In this document: one piece after another, positions 51,263 to 62,600 of the stretch | Layout: every line of letters begins with the position of its first letter | Numbering within the stretch: position 1 is the stretch's first letter | Assembly (NCBI GenBank): GCA_918234285.1 | Contig: CAKJXZ020000010.1 | Span: forward strand, 32,001-96,000 | Source: Pseudomonadota bacterium | Lineage (GTDB): Bacteria; Pseudomonadota; Alphaproteobacteria; RF32; CAG-239 | Length of the DNA stretch: 64,000 nucleotides | Reading direction: 5' to 3' | Notes under the pieces: model-generated | Databases searched by the model: none | Told to the model about the DNA's origin: nothing | What the model saw: only the letters and a program-made list of their open reading frames with translations | Program-made: the position numbers and the translations under genes

Positions 51263-51382
51263 ATGAGAGATTTTCGTGCCGTTGTTGCTCGTCTAAAAAG
51301 CGTATCGTTGTTTGCGGCTTTTTTTGTTTGCACTGCCGGAATTGCAAATAATGCCGCAGCCACACCGAAACTTTTAACATAA
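51263..51382 (+). pseudogene. Signal-peptide-only ORF (39 aa), probable truncated secreted protein gene
   Basis: AAAGGA RBS; MRDFRAVVARLKSVSLFAAFFVCTAGIANNAAATPKLLT*. Confidence 0.45.
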
Positions 51383-51402
51383 AATATAACTTCTGATAAG
51401 AT

Positions 51403-51972
51403 ATGAAAAAATTGATTTTTTTACATGGAGCCGGAGCCGATAAAAAAGCTTATAACGATTTAATGAGTAAAATCGCTCGGATATTAAGAGCGGATTTAGT
51501 CAGCTTTGATGCTCCGTTTAAGCATCCCGATAAACCAGGTAAATATAAATGGTTTAATAAGTTTGTACAAGACGGACGACGTGATGCGGTTGTTGAAGAT
51601 TATACTTATTCCTTACAGTACATCAAAGAACAACTAAAAAATCTTCACACAGATACCGAAAATATCATTCTTATCGGACACTCACAAGGCGGAGGTATGG
51701 CCGTTCATATCGGTTTAGAAATTGAATTATCAGGCGTTATCAGCATCAACGGCGATTTACCCTATAATATTTCGTATAAAAAAGTAACAAATACACCTAT
51801 TTACTGGTTGCAAGGCGAAAAAGATACTTATATTGACGATAATCGTAAAAAATCATATCAGCAGATTTTAAATAATAACAATTTCCATTTTTTGACACTG
51901 AAAAACAGTACTCATAACGACTTTAATGATGATTTGTTAAAAGTCATTGAGGATAAAATTCCTGATTTATAA
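51403..51972 (+). CDS. Alpha/beta hydrolase (phospholipase/carboxylesterase-like)
   Basis: FLHGAG, GHSQGG nucleophile elbow, GEKD, STH. Confidence 0.88.
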   Translation: MKKLIFLHGAGADKKAYNDLMSKIARILRADLVSFDAPFKHPDKPGKYKWFNKFVQDGRRDAVVEDYTYSLQYIKEQLKNLHTDTENIILIGHSQGGGMAVHIGLEIELSGVISINGDLPYNISYKKVTNTPIYWLQGEKDTYIDDNRKKSYQQILNNNNFHFLTLKNSTHNDFNDDLLKVIEDKIPDL

Positions 51973-51997
51973 AAAACAGCATTATAGGAAGAAACAA

Positions 51998-52447
51998 TCA
52001 GAGATTTTTTAAATACACCCGGGTTGGTTTGCCCTCGCGGGTAGGCATCGTCTGCCAAAAGGTAAAGCCGTATTTCTCATAAAGGCCGATTTCGTCGGTG
52101 GAAATATAAACTTTTTCGGTGCCGGCGGATTTTAAGACCTCGCAAATATGGGCGATTAATTTGCCGGCGTTGCGGTGGCCGCGATAGGTCGGAAAGGTAT
52201 ATACAAAGCCAATCCACGGCGACAGTTCCGGTGCGTCAATCTCATCTTGCGGCGCCAAAGTTGCAAACGAAACCAGCTTATCGCCGTCGGTCAGCATATA
52301 AACTTCGGTCGAATCCCCGCACATCTGCTTTAATTTATCATTTTTCAACCAGTCGTGCAACAACTCTGCCGCCGACCAATCGCCTTTGCCGATTTCCTTT
52401 AGCCAATGTGCCTGATTTTCCGATTGATAGTATTTTATAAACTGCAT
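51998..52447 (-). CDS. GNAT family N-acetyltransferase
   Basis: PWIGFVYTFPTYRGHRNAGKL, GLYEKYGF. Confidence 0.92.
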   Translation of the reverse strand: MQFIKYYQSENQAHWLKEIGKGDWSAAELLHDWLKNDKLKQMCGDSTEVYMLTDGDKLVSFATLAPQDEIDAPELSPWIGFVYTFPTYRGHRNAGKLIAHICEVLKSAGTEKVYISTDEIGLYEKYGFTFWQTMPTREGKPTRVYLKNL

Positions 52448-52463
52448 CTAATGTTCCGTTGTT

Positions 52464-53087
52464 TCACCTTAATTTATCCATTTCATCTTGCAAATTAGCG
52501 AGAAATTTTCCGGCATGGGCGCCATCCATTTGCGTATGGTGAAACTGGAACGAGATTGGCAGATAATATCGAAACCACCGCTTTTTATAGTGGCCCCAAA
52601 TCATAAACGGATTGTTGAAAATTCCGCTGTTCATGCCCACCGCACCATCAATTTGTGTATCAATAATCGCCGATGTCCCGATAACCATACTCTCTTCCGA
52701 CAAATCCTGATCAACACAACTTTCTGCAGCTTGTTCTGTATATTTGAGATATTCCCTATTAAAGGTTTCCAAATCATCGGACTGCAAAATATCACACGAA
52801 CTGACTTCGCCGGTTTTGTTTTTAACAATCGTATTGACCGCCAACGTTTTGTATTGCATTAATTTATCGCCGACCGGAAGCAGATAAAACTCTTTAACAG
52901 ACGCGGCAGCTTTACCAATGCAAAAATCAAGCAACATATTAAATTTCAGGTGTTTCTTTTTACTGATTTTAACCAGATTCGTCACCTCAAACGTTTTGAA
53001 AAACGTCACCATCGGGTTCGGTGCCTTCATCCAAAGTTCAAACGCTTTTGCCCGCGTTGTATTTATAGGATTAACCTCTCTTGCCAT
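52464..53087 (-). CDS. CatA-like (chloramphenicol acetyltransferase fold) O-acetyltransferase
   Basis: LPISFQFHHTQMDGAH catalytic motif; TTRAKAFELW N-terminus. Confidence 0.85.
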   Translation of the reverse strand: MAREVNPINTTRAKAFELWMKAPNPMVTFFKTFEVTNLVKISKKKHLKFNMLLDFCIGKAAASVKEFYLLPVGDKLMQYKTLAVNTIVKNKTGEVSSCDILQSDDLETFNREYLKYTEQAAESCVDQDLSEESMVIGTSAIIDTQIDGAVGMNSGIFNNPFMIWGHYKKRWFRYYLPISFQFHHTQMDGAHAGKFLANLQDEMDKLR

Positions 53088-53210
53088 TGTTTTTCTCCTT
53101 TAATGTCTCCCTGTTATATATTATATAAAAATTTTTACAAGATTCTTTTTGACATCTCGCATTTTGCAGTGATAATTAAAACAACCGTTATTTTTATAAG
53201 GAGATAAAAT

Positions 53211-53555
53211 ATGCCGTACATTGAAGCAAAAATGAGTATAAAACTGGATGAGCACCAGAAAGATGACCTGCAAAAGAAGTTGACCGACGCCGTATCGGTT
53301 GCGTTTGGTAAGCCGAAAGCCTATATTATGGCATGTATCGAGGACGATAAATCGCTGTATATGGCAGAACGTAAGCTCGAAAAGGGAGTCTACATCGCTA
53401 TTCGCCTGTTGGGTTCTGCGTCTAAATCGGCATGCCAGGGGTTAACCGGCGAGATTTGCCGCATTTTGCAAAGCGACTACGGTATTGATGGCGCAAATGT
53501 ATATGTAACCTATCATCCGGCTGACCTCTGGGGCTGGAACGGCGGAATGTTTTAA
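53211..53555 (+). CDS. MIF/phenylpyruvate tautomerase family protein
   Basis: Catalytic Pro2, GKPKAYIM, C-terminal WGWNGGMF. Confidence 0.88.
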   Translation: MPYIEAKMSIKLDEHQKDDLQKKLTDAVSVAFGKPKAYIMACIEDDKSLYMAERKLEKGVYIAIRLLGSASKSACQGLTGEICRILQSDYGIDGANVYVTYHPADLWGWNGGMF

Positions 53556-53651
53556 TTGTCGGCATAACCGGCGAATTTCTAACCGTAAATTCTGACGATT
53601 ACGAAATATAAAATTATCTGTGGAACGACGGATTAAAAAGAAGACTATCCG

Positions 53652-56600
53652 TTATTTGCCAGCCGTCTTCATATAACGATGCGCCAACCGGTTGGCAATG
53701 CCTGCAGGCATATCCTTGAACTTAACCGTCGCCAGATTGTTTTCAATCTTAGTTACCACACATTTGAGCTTGGCGTTAACGTCATCAAAACGCAGTTCCA
53801 ATTCATGCTCTTCGCCGAGTTGCCAGCTGTATTGATTAACGATAACCGCATCATAGCGGCTGATTTCTATAATCTCCACGTTTGCCGCCAAAGCGCCTTC
53901 TTTCTGCACCTCGTATCTCGCCTCAATATTTTCCGGCATAACGTAGATATTTCCGTATTGATAATATTGCTTTGCCTGCTGACGAATTTCGGTTTCTTTC
54001 ATGCCTAAGCGAACAAAGCTGTTTTCATCGTCAAAAGTATTGACCAATTTATCCCAATCATAATGAGTCACCGGCGAAGGCGTATGCATTCTTACTTTAT
54101 CATTTATGCTTAAGCCGAAGCTTCCGGTTTTAGTCGTATAAAGCTGAACATTTGACGGCACTAAACGGCGATAATCATTATCAATAACCACCAAATACCG
54201 GCTACTGTCCGCATCACGATTACCGTTACGCAGTTCGGCATAGTTATTGACATAGCCGTCATGAATCGTCAGATTTGTATCCATAGTGTTGACATAAGCA
54301 TTATCGGCATAGAGCGTATCAAACTCGACACCACGCTCGCTGTCAACATAATCATTAACTGAAATTACCGCATTTTTAACTCTGAAGTCATAATCATAAA
54401 TACTGTCTTCAACGTTTTTGAACTTCGACGGAATATCTTTAAGCGAAGTTTGTTCTTTGTATTCGTTACGTTGCGGATTAGTGACTATATTTTCCACAAT
54501 ATCTTTATCCACGCCGATAATATCCAAAGACAAAGGTGTCCCTTCACCATAAGCATTAATACCCTTGGCATTGTGTATCTCGCCTTTGCCGCCGAAAATC
54601 TCGTCATTATAAGAAGTTTGTGTCTGCTTGTATCCGTCCGGATTGGCCTTAGTGGAAACGTTAGAATCCGGCGCCTTATCCGAATTTACATAAATATTAT
54701 CCGCCATCAATGTCACATCGGCCAATCTGCCTCCGTCCGGATAATAATCCGCATTATCGCCGTTGTTGCCGCGAACCGTCAGCGAATAAATCTTTAAGTT
54801 GGAATCGGAACGCTCTGCCGTATCAATCGCATCTAACACACTAATCATAACATATTTAGGCACAACGTTACCACCAGAAGGACTGTCATCGCCATAAATC
54901 AAACCGTCGTGCGGATAAAGAATATCTTCAAAATCATCTTGCGGTATGTATTCTGACGAAGATAATCCGATTTCGCCGATGGTTAAATTTTGAGCTTTTT
55001 GTGTAATCTCCAATCCGTCGCCGGACGTGATATATCCAATGGCGGCATCGCTTTCCAAATTCAAATCCAACGTTCCGTGTTTGGAGATTATCTGATAAAT
55101 CTTCGTTTCGCTATCCGAATTGGCAGTTCCGGTAATTTTTAAATCATACTCGGCTTCAAAACTTACCGAAGAATCCGGATCTGCCGCCGTATCTTGCATA
55201 TATTTGAAATTCTTATCCTTGCTGCCGATATTGTTGCTGGCAATAACCGAAATATTACGACCGCTTACCGCTGCTTCATCGCCGTCTGCCGTGTTTATCA
55301 CCGAATAACCCTTGAAATATTCCTCGTCATCCGGTGTCGGACTGACATCTGCCTGTTTCCAATCGGCGGCCGTCAGCAAAACATTGCCGTCTGCCATAAC
55401 ATTTTTCACATTCATATCAGAATCTTTGGCGCGCAAATTAATCAAACGTGCATCAGACTTGTTATCATTAGCGGCAATCGCCATGACATCTCCGCCGACG
55501 TTGATGTTAACGGAATCAGTCCAATCGCGAGTGGAGGCATCAATAGAAAAGCCCGGACTGGTGTTGTCGGTGTGACCGATATCTCCGTCTGATACTTTCA
55601 TTACCAAATCCCCGGCGGCGGAAATTAAGGTTTTATATGACTGTTGCGGATTACCTAAATCGGCGTTTTGATGTTTGTTGCCGGATGTATCGATAATTCC
55701 GTTCAAAATATCACCGTTAGCTTGTTTTATTACAATATCGCCGGCGGTCGCTTCAACATAATTGTCGTTGGCACTGTCTAATTCACCGATAATTAAGTCG
55801 GAATCACGGTTATTGATGATAATATTTTGCTTTTGCGCCAAAACTTTGCCCTCAATCTTTATACCGTTTGCACCGCTGTTGTTTATTGCGATATCGCCGG
55901 TTTTACCGATAATCTGACCGGTAGTTGCCACTTTCATACCATCTTTGGAAGTATTATCAACGGTGGTTTTGCCGTTATTTGCAACAACTTGGCCGGCAAT
56001 TTGCATACCGCCGTTATTGATATTGGTTAGGTTAATGTCGCCGTTTGCGGCATAAATATTACCGCTCGGAGTTATCGTAAATTCTCCGGCACCGCGATTT
56101 TCCGTCACAATATTGCCGTTGCCGGAATTATCCAACACGCCGGCAACAGTTAAGGTCGCCGCTTCGGCTGTGTTTTCTATTTTAATATCGCCGGAAGTAC
56201 GGTTTTGCAAAGCAGAACCTTGAGTAAATACTAAGTCTGATTTTTGATTCTGTACCGTTAAATTGCCTTGCGTGTTGGTTATTTTACCCGCAATTTCGGC
56301 ACCGTTAGCACCGGTGTTGGTGATGATGGTATTGCCGGAAACGTTGTTGTTTATCGCACCGTTCAGCGCCAGTTTACCGTCGCCGGAGTTGGTAATTGAA
56401 ATGTTGCCGGTATCATTATTATCAACCGTAGAGTCAGCGGTTAATACCAAATCTTTGCCGATGTTTTCAATTACAACGTCACCGCCGGTGTTATCCAAAT
56501 CGCCGCTGACAGTCGTGCCGTTGCCGGAGTTGGTAATGCTTAAATTGCCGCCGACATTGTTAACCGTAGAGGCAAGGGATAAAGCACCACCGGAGTTGGC

Positions 56601-59600
56601 AATACTCGTATTTCCGCCGGTGTTGCTGACCGAGCCGGACATAGCGGCATCACCGGTGTTGGCTATAATAGTGTCGCCGCCGCTGTTTTTAAGAGTTGCG
56701 GCATAGGTTAAACTGTTCTTATTGTCAATAGCAGTGTTACCGTCTTTATCGATGATGGTGCCGGCAATCTTTGCCCCCTTGGCGGCGGTGTTGATAATGG
56801 AAATGTTACCTTTATCGGCCGCAACCTCTCCGGTTGAAGTTAATTCAAAACTCTCCGCACCGCTATTGTTGAGCCCGATATCTCCCGTACCGGAATGCGC
56901 TATCTTTCCGGCCACGCTAAATACGTCGTCTTTGTTTTCAATCCTGATATTTCCGCTTTCGATATTTTTGATTTCAGCACCGTCGGCAATGATTAAATCG
57001 CCTTTATTATTGGTTATGACGGTATTTGCCTGATTGTTTGTAACTTTGGCCGACGAGGCAAATTCCGCACCGTTATCGCCGTTATTGGTGATATCTACTT
57101 TTCCGTTATTATTGCTGATTTGACCGAAAACAGCCAATTTATCGCCGGCATTTTCTACGGCAATATTGCCTTTATCGGCCGTAATATCGCCGGTTGCGGT
57201 TAAAGACAAAGTTCCCGCGGTGTTATTTACGGTAATATTACCTTCTTCAGCCGATACCTTTTGTGAGATATCACTGCCATCGGCACCATGGTTGGCAATT
57301 TCGATATTGCCCTCAGTATCGGTAATGTCGCCCGAAACGGTCAATTTACCGCCGTTGTTTTCAATCGATACCTCACCATTGTCGGTAGAAACATCTCCGC
57401 TGATGGTTGTTCCGGAATCCGTACTGTTGTTTGTAATATCAACATCTCCTTTGGCGGTTGAAATATCACCGGATATATCAAGGGTTTTGGTGTTATTGAC
57501 GACGGTTATGTCGCCGGTGGTTGCGGTTATATCTCCCTCTATCAAAGCGGCGTCTGTGCCTTCGTTTATGATATCGATTTTACCTTCTTTGGCTGTAATA
57601 TCGCTTGAAACAGAGAGTTTTTTACCGCTATTATTAATTAATATATCACCAACTGTTTCGGCTGTGATATCTCCGTCAATGGACAGGTTGCCGTTGCCCT
57701 CATTTATAACGCTGATGCCGCCTTCGGTTTCGGTGGCAATCGAAGCATCTTCGGCAATTTCTAAATCGGCGCCGTGGTTTTCAATATCAATATCGCCCTG
57801 ATTTGCCGATATATCAGCTGAAATCTCCAATTTTTCAGCCTTGTTGGATATCAGGATATCGCCCTTATCGGTAATGACATCACCGGAAACGGAAGTTGCA
57901 TCACTACCTTCATTGGTGATGGTTATATCGCCTTCGGTATCGGTCTCAAGCCAAGCATCAATTACCGACAGCTTGCCGCCGCTACCGTAAATATTTATAT
58001 TTCCGGCTGTTTCCGTAACAACAGTTGCGTCTTCTATATTAAGGTTGCCCGCGGTATTGTTGGTGATGCCGATATTACCGTTGTGGGCGGTAATATCGCC
58101 GGTAATGATGGTGTTACCGCTGCCGTTGTTGACAATACTGATGTTTCCTTTGTTCAAACTGTCGATAGCACCGTTCATCCGCAAAATATTGGCGGTATCG
58201 GCATTACCTAAAGTAATCCCTTGAGCGGCATTCGCCGTGTCGTTTTCAATAGCGGCATTTTCCGTAATAACCAAATTACCTTTGGCATTACTGATTGCGA
58301 TTGCGCCGTTTTTGTTGGTAATTTCAGCGGAAACTTCAGTGTATGATCCTAAGTTATTAATAACCACATCGCCGCCTTGGTTGCTGACATTGCCGCCGAC
58401 CTTTACAAAGGCATTATTTCCGCTGTTGGTACCTAAAATATTTACCGAGCCGTCCTGATTATCAATCGAACCGCTGAATGTCATATTCAAACCAGCGTTG
58501 GAGAGGGTGGTATTACCTTTTTTATTGGTGATTGTGCCGCCGATTTGCGCCTGCTTGGCATTCTCTTTGTTATTGATTACAACGGCACCGTCATAATTGA
58601 TAATTGAACCGGTATAAGTCAAAATATCGCCGCCATTGTTTGTTATGGTTATATCTCCCTTTTCGTCGGTAATGATACCGCCGATTTCGGCGCCGTTCGT
58701 TCCGGTGTTGGTTATGCTGACATTGCCTTTATAATCAACCACATCTCCCATAAGTTTAAGTGCGCCGGCATTGCTGTTTGAAATGTTTATATCACCTTCT
58801 TGAGCAAAAATACGATTTTTAAGATTTGCCACACTTCCGGCATTGGTTATTACTATATTTCCCTTATTTGTGCTCTCCACAATACCGGATATATTAAGGT
58901 TATCTCCGCTGTTAGCAATCGTAATGCTGTCTTCGGCATTAGCGGTGTTGTTCGAAATTTGCGCGTTATCATCGATATTAAAATCTCCGCCGGAATTGGA
59001 TAGATGAATCGAACCGTCTTCATTTTTTATAACGCTCGTAATTTCCGTAAGCGAACCGGTATTATTTGCCGTTATATCTCCGCCTTTATTGGTGATATTA
59101 CCGGTAATTTGCAATTGTCCGGCAGTGTTGGTAAGCGAGGTATTGCCCCCGGTATTGTTAACCGTACCGCTCAATTCCAGCATTGTGCCGCTGCCGGAAA
59201 TTGCCGTATTTCCGTCCTTATTCAAAATACTTCCGTCGACCAGCGTTTTTCCCGTACCGGTATTGGCAATGGTAGTATCGCCTTTTGTATTGGTGATGTT
59301 TGAAGTTGTCTGCAGGTCTTTGCCGGTATTGTAAATTTCGATATTGCCCTGTTCGGTGTTGGAAATCGCGCCTGATATCGTCAAGTCTTTAGCCGTGTTA
59401 CGGATAATAATGTCACCAATTCTGGCGGTTACTGCTTTATCGATAGTCATACCGGTGTTTCCCGAACGATTGTCAAGCAAAATCGCCGTGGTTTTATCGT
59501 CTTCGGTTTTGCCCTTGCCCCAGGTTTGAATTGCCGATTGAATGTTGAGCAATTCTCCTCCCGGATTATTGACAACGGTTATCATTCCCTCAGCCTCGGA

Positions 59601-62600
59601 ATTCACATAATTATGATATATCTCAGCCGATATGGTCATATTGCCTTTGTTATTGATTATCGTTAAATCGCCTTGTTCATCAGTAATATATCCGGCAATA
59701 ATCGCCGTGTCGCCGTTATTTTGTAACGACAAATTACCGCTGTCGGCATTTATTGAACCATACAAAGCTAAAGTATCGGCATTGTTGGTTATACTGATAT
59801 CGCCATTCTTTGCCCGAACGGTTGCGTCTTCCGAAGCGGTCAATCCTTTGGATACAATGGTTATATCACCCTGATTATCGGTTATTTCATCGGTAATTAC
59901 GGTAACTCCGGTACCTGTACCCAAAACGGAAATATCACCTTTTCGAGCTAGAATTTTGCCGTTCAGTGTTAATTTACCGGTACCGTCATTTTGAATATTG
60001 ATATTGCCGATGGTATCTGTAATATCGCCGTTGATATCAATATCATCATCACCGTAGCTGTATATTGCAATATTGCCTTTATCTGTTATGTTACCCGCAA
60101 TATCCGCCTTTCCGCCGTTAATCGTAATATCAATCAATCCGCCGGCAAAGATTGTGTCGACAATGTTACCTATTTGCAATATTTGCGCAATATCCAGACC
60201 ATTATTTGCTTCGACATTTAATTTGCCGTTTGCCGTTTGCACCAAATAACTGTCATCGACAAGGCTTCTTCTCACATTATTTCTGATAATGCCGTCCAGT
60301 ATAAGTTTGCCGGCGGAGGTAATATTTGTTTCTGCATGATTCTTTGAATTTTTCGTGATAGTCGCACTTTCCGTATCAATACCGTTCGTTTCGACAACAC
60401 CTTCAAAATAAGCATTGGTAATATTTTCCACATTCAGCGGTTTATCGGTTTCATTGACAATGGTTATATTTTGATAACCGTCGGCAGTCGTAATATTGCC
60501 GGTTATTGTACCGGTGGAATTTTCGCTGATTATCTTGGAAATTCTGACACCGTTGTTCGTTACTGTTTCCGGCAGATTATACAGATATATTGCGCCGTCT
60601 TTATAAATTGCCTTAATATTATTAACATCGTTCAAATACGGACTTACTGTACCGCCGAGATTTATCATATTAACCTCGCCCGAAGTCGGGTCGGTAATTA
60701 AATTATTTAACATTTCATCGGTAATCGTGATACTGCGCTCGGTATAACCGGTTTTGATATTGCCGGCGATGTTCACGCTGTCGGCATTGATAAACACGCC
60801 ATCCGATGCAAACATATTACTGCCGGAATTTAAGGCGAATTCGGAGCCGGAACCCATAACAATACCGATTAATCCGTTGGTTGAATACGCATTTAAGGTG
60901 CCGATATCAAGGTTATCCGATAATACCAGGATGTTTCCGCTTTCGCTCCAAACATTCAGTATCGATGTATTTATATCATCAACAAAGAAGACATTTGCTT
61001 CCATTGTCGGATTAGGGATATCAAACGTATCGGCAAACGGATGGAGAACATCATAATAATTATTTACAGTCACACCGACAGTGCCGTCATCTCCACTCAC
61101 ATAATGAGCACCGTCTGTAGGTAATTCATTAAATGCTTTGTGTCCGGATATATTATTGATATATTCATACGCGTCTTTTCCGCTGACAGCCTGTTCTTTG
61201 TCGGCAAATTCGGCATGATTCTTTCCACCGATAAACAATCCGTTGCCGGTTGCCGAATCAACGTTTATTTCTCCAAATATTACCGAGCGAGGCGAATAGT
61301 TGTCAATTTTTACACCGCCCGAGGCAACTCTGAATTCACCGTGGCCGCTGATATTGCCGTTATATGCTCCGTCAATGTTTATACGCGCATTTTTATAGTC
61401 AATATCATTGAAGACGATTAAATACAAATTATCAACTCTTTCATATTTTAAGGCATCGGTGGCCAGCAAGTTATCATACTCTGCCTGTAACGAATTCTTT
61501 TTGGTATTGAGCGCGGTTTGAGCCGCCACATTGGAGTTTTTGCGAGCGGTATACGCACCTATTTGATTGTTAAGAAGGCTTAACTCGGATTTTATCTGTG
61601 TCAATTCCTTAAACGTCGGCTCATCTCCGGTTACATCCAAATCCGTTACCGAAACATATTTGCCGGAACTGTTTTCATAGGTAGTAAATTTGCCCACTGT
61701 TGTACTTTGAAGGCGAGAATTGATGGTGCTATAACCGTCTTTTATCGTTGTTATTTGCGCTTCGGTAAAATCATATCCTTCCAAAAATTCCCAAAATGTA
61801 GGGGTTTCCTTTTTTTCGGAATGGCCGTAGTTATGAATGTTTATATCATTGATCTTCTCTTTGTAGGCAACAGTGATTTGATTGTATTGCTCAAGGGATA
61901 TCTGATTTTCGTTTTCTCCGACAAGAAGTGCATCGGCCGTGCCGTAATTCAGAGCAATGTTCGCTTTTTGCGCATCACTCAAGCCGTAGTCATTAGCATC
62001 GATAAACTCGGCTATTGTCGGAATTTCCAGTTTTTCGGTGTAACCGTAGTTGTATGCATTAATTTCTTCAAGTTTGCTGCCGTAGGCGTTGATAAACTGA
62101 TTATATTGCTCTTGCGTTACTTTATTTGCATCAGTCTCATCAATCAACAAATCGTAAAGATCATTTTGGATTATGGTATTGAAATCGCTGTTGCCGTCTG
62201 CATCAGTTTTAGCTTCGGTTAAAATATATCCGTCTGCTTGCAGCTCGTTGATTTCGCTGAGTTTCGTCAGGAGCGGTGTTTTTTGGGCATCAAAGTAGTT
62301 TATGGTTGCTTCTAAATCAGATATTGTGCCGTTCAGTTCTGTTAACGCTTCATCGATACTCCTGATATCAGCGGTTATGGCAGCCAAATTATTATCTTTG
62401 GCTTCTTGCCCGTCTATTAACTGACCGTCATAGAGTATGTAATCACCGTCATAAAACCCTTTTAATGTTGACATATCAACGGTACCGTCGCGGTTAATCC
62501 GCATATATCTGCTGTTACCCTGTCCGGCAACAATTTCGCCGTCATTCTTTAGCGAATAATTATTTGACGGCTTGTCAACCGTAGAACTGCCGGAATCCGT

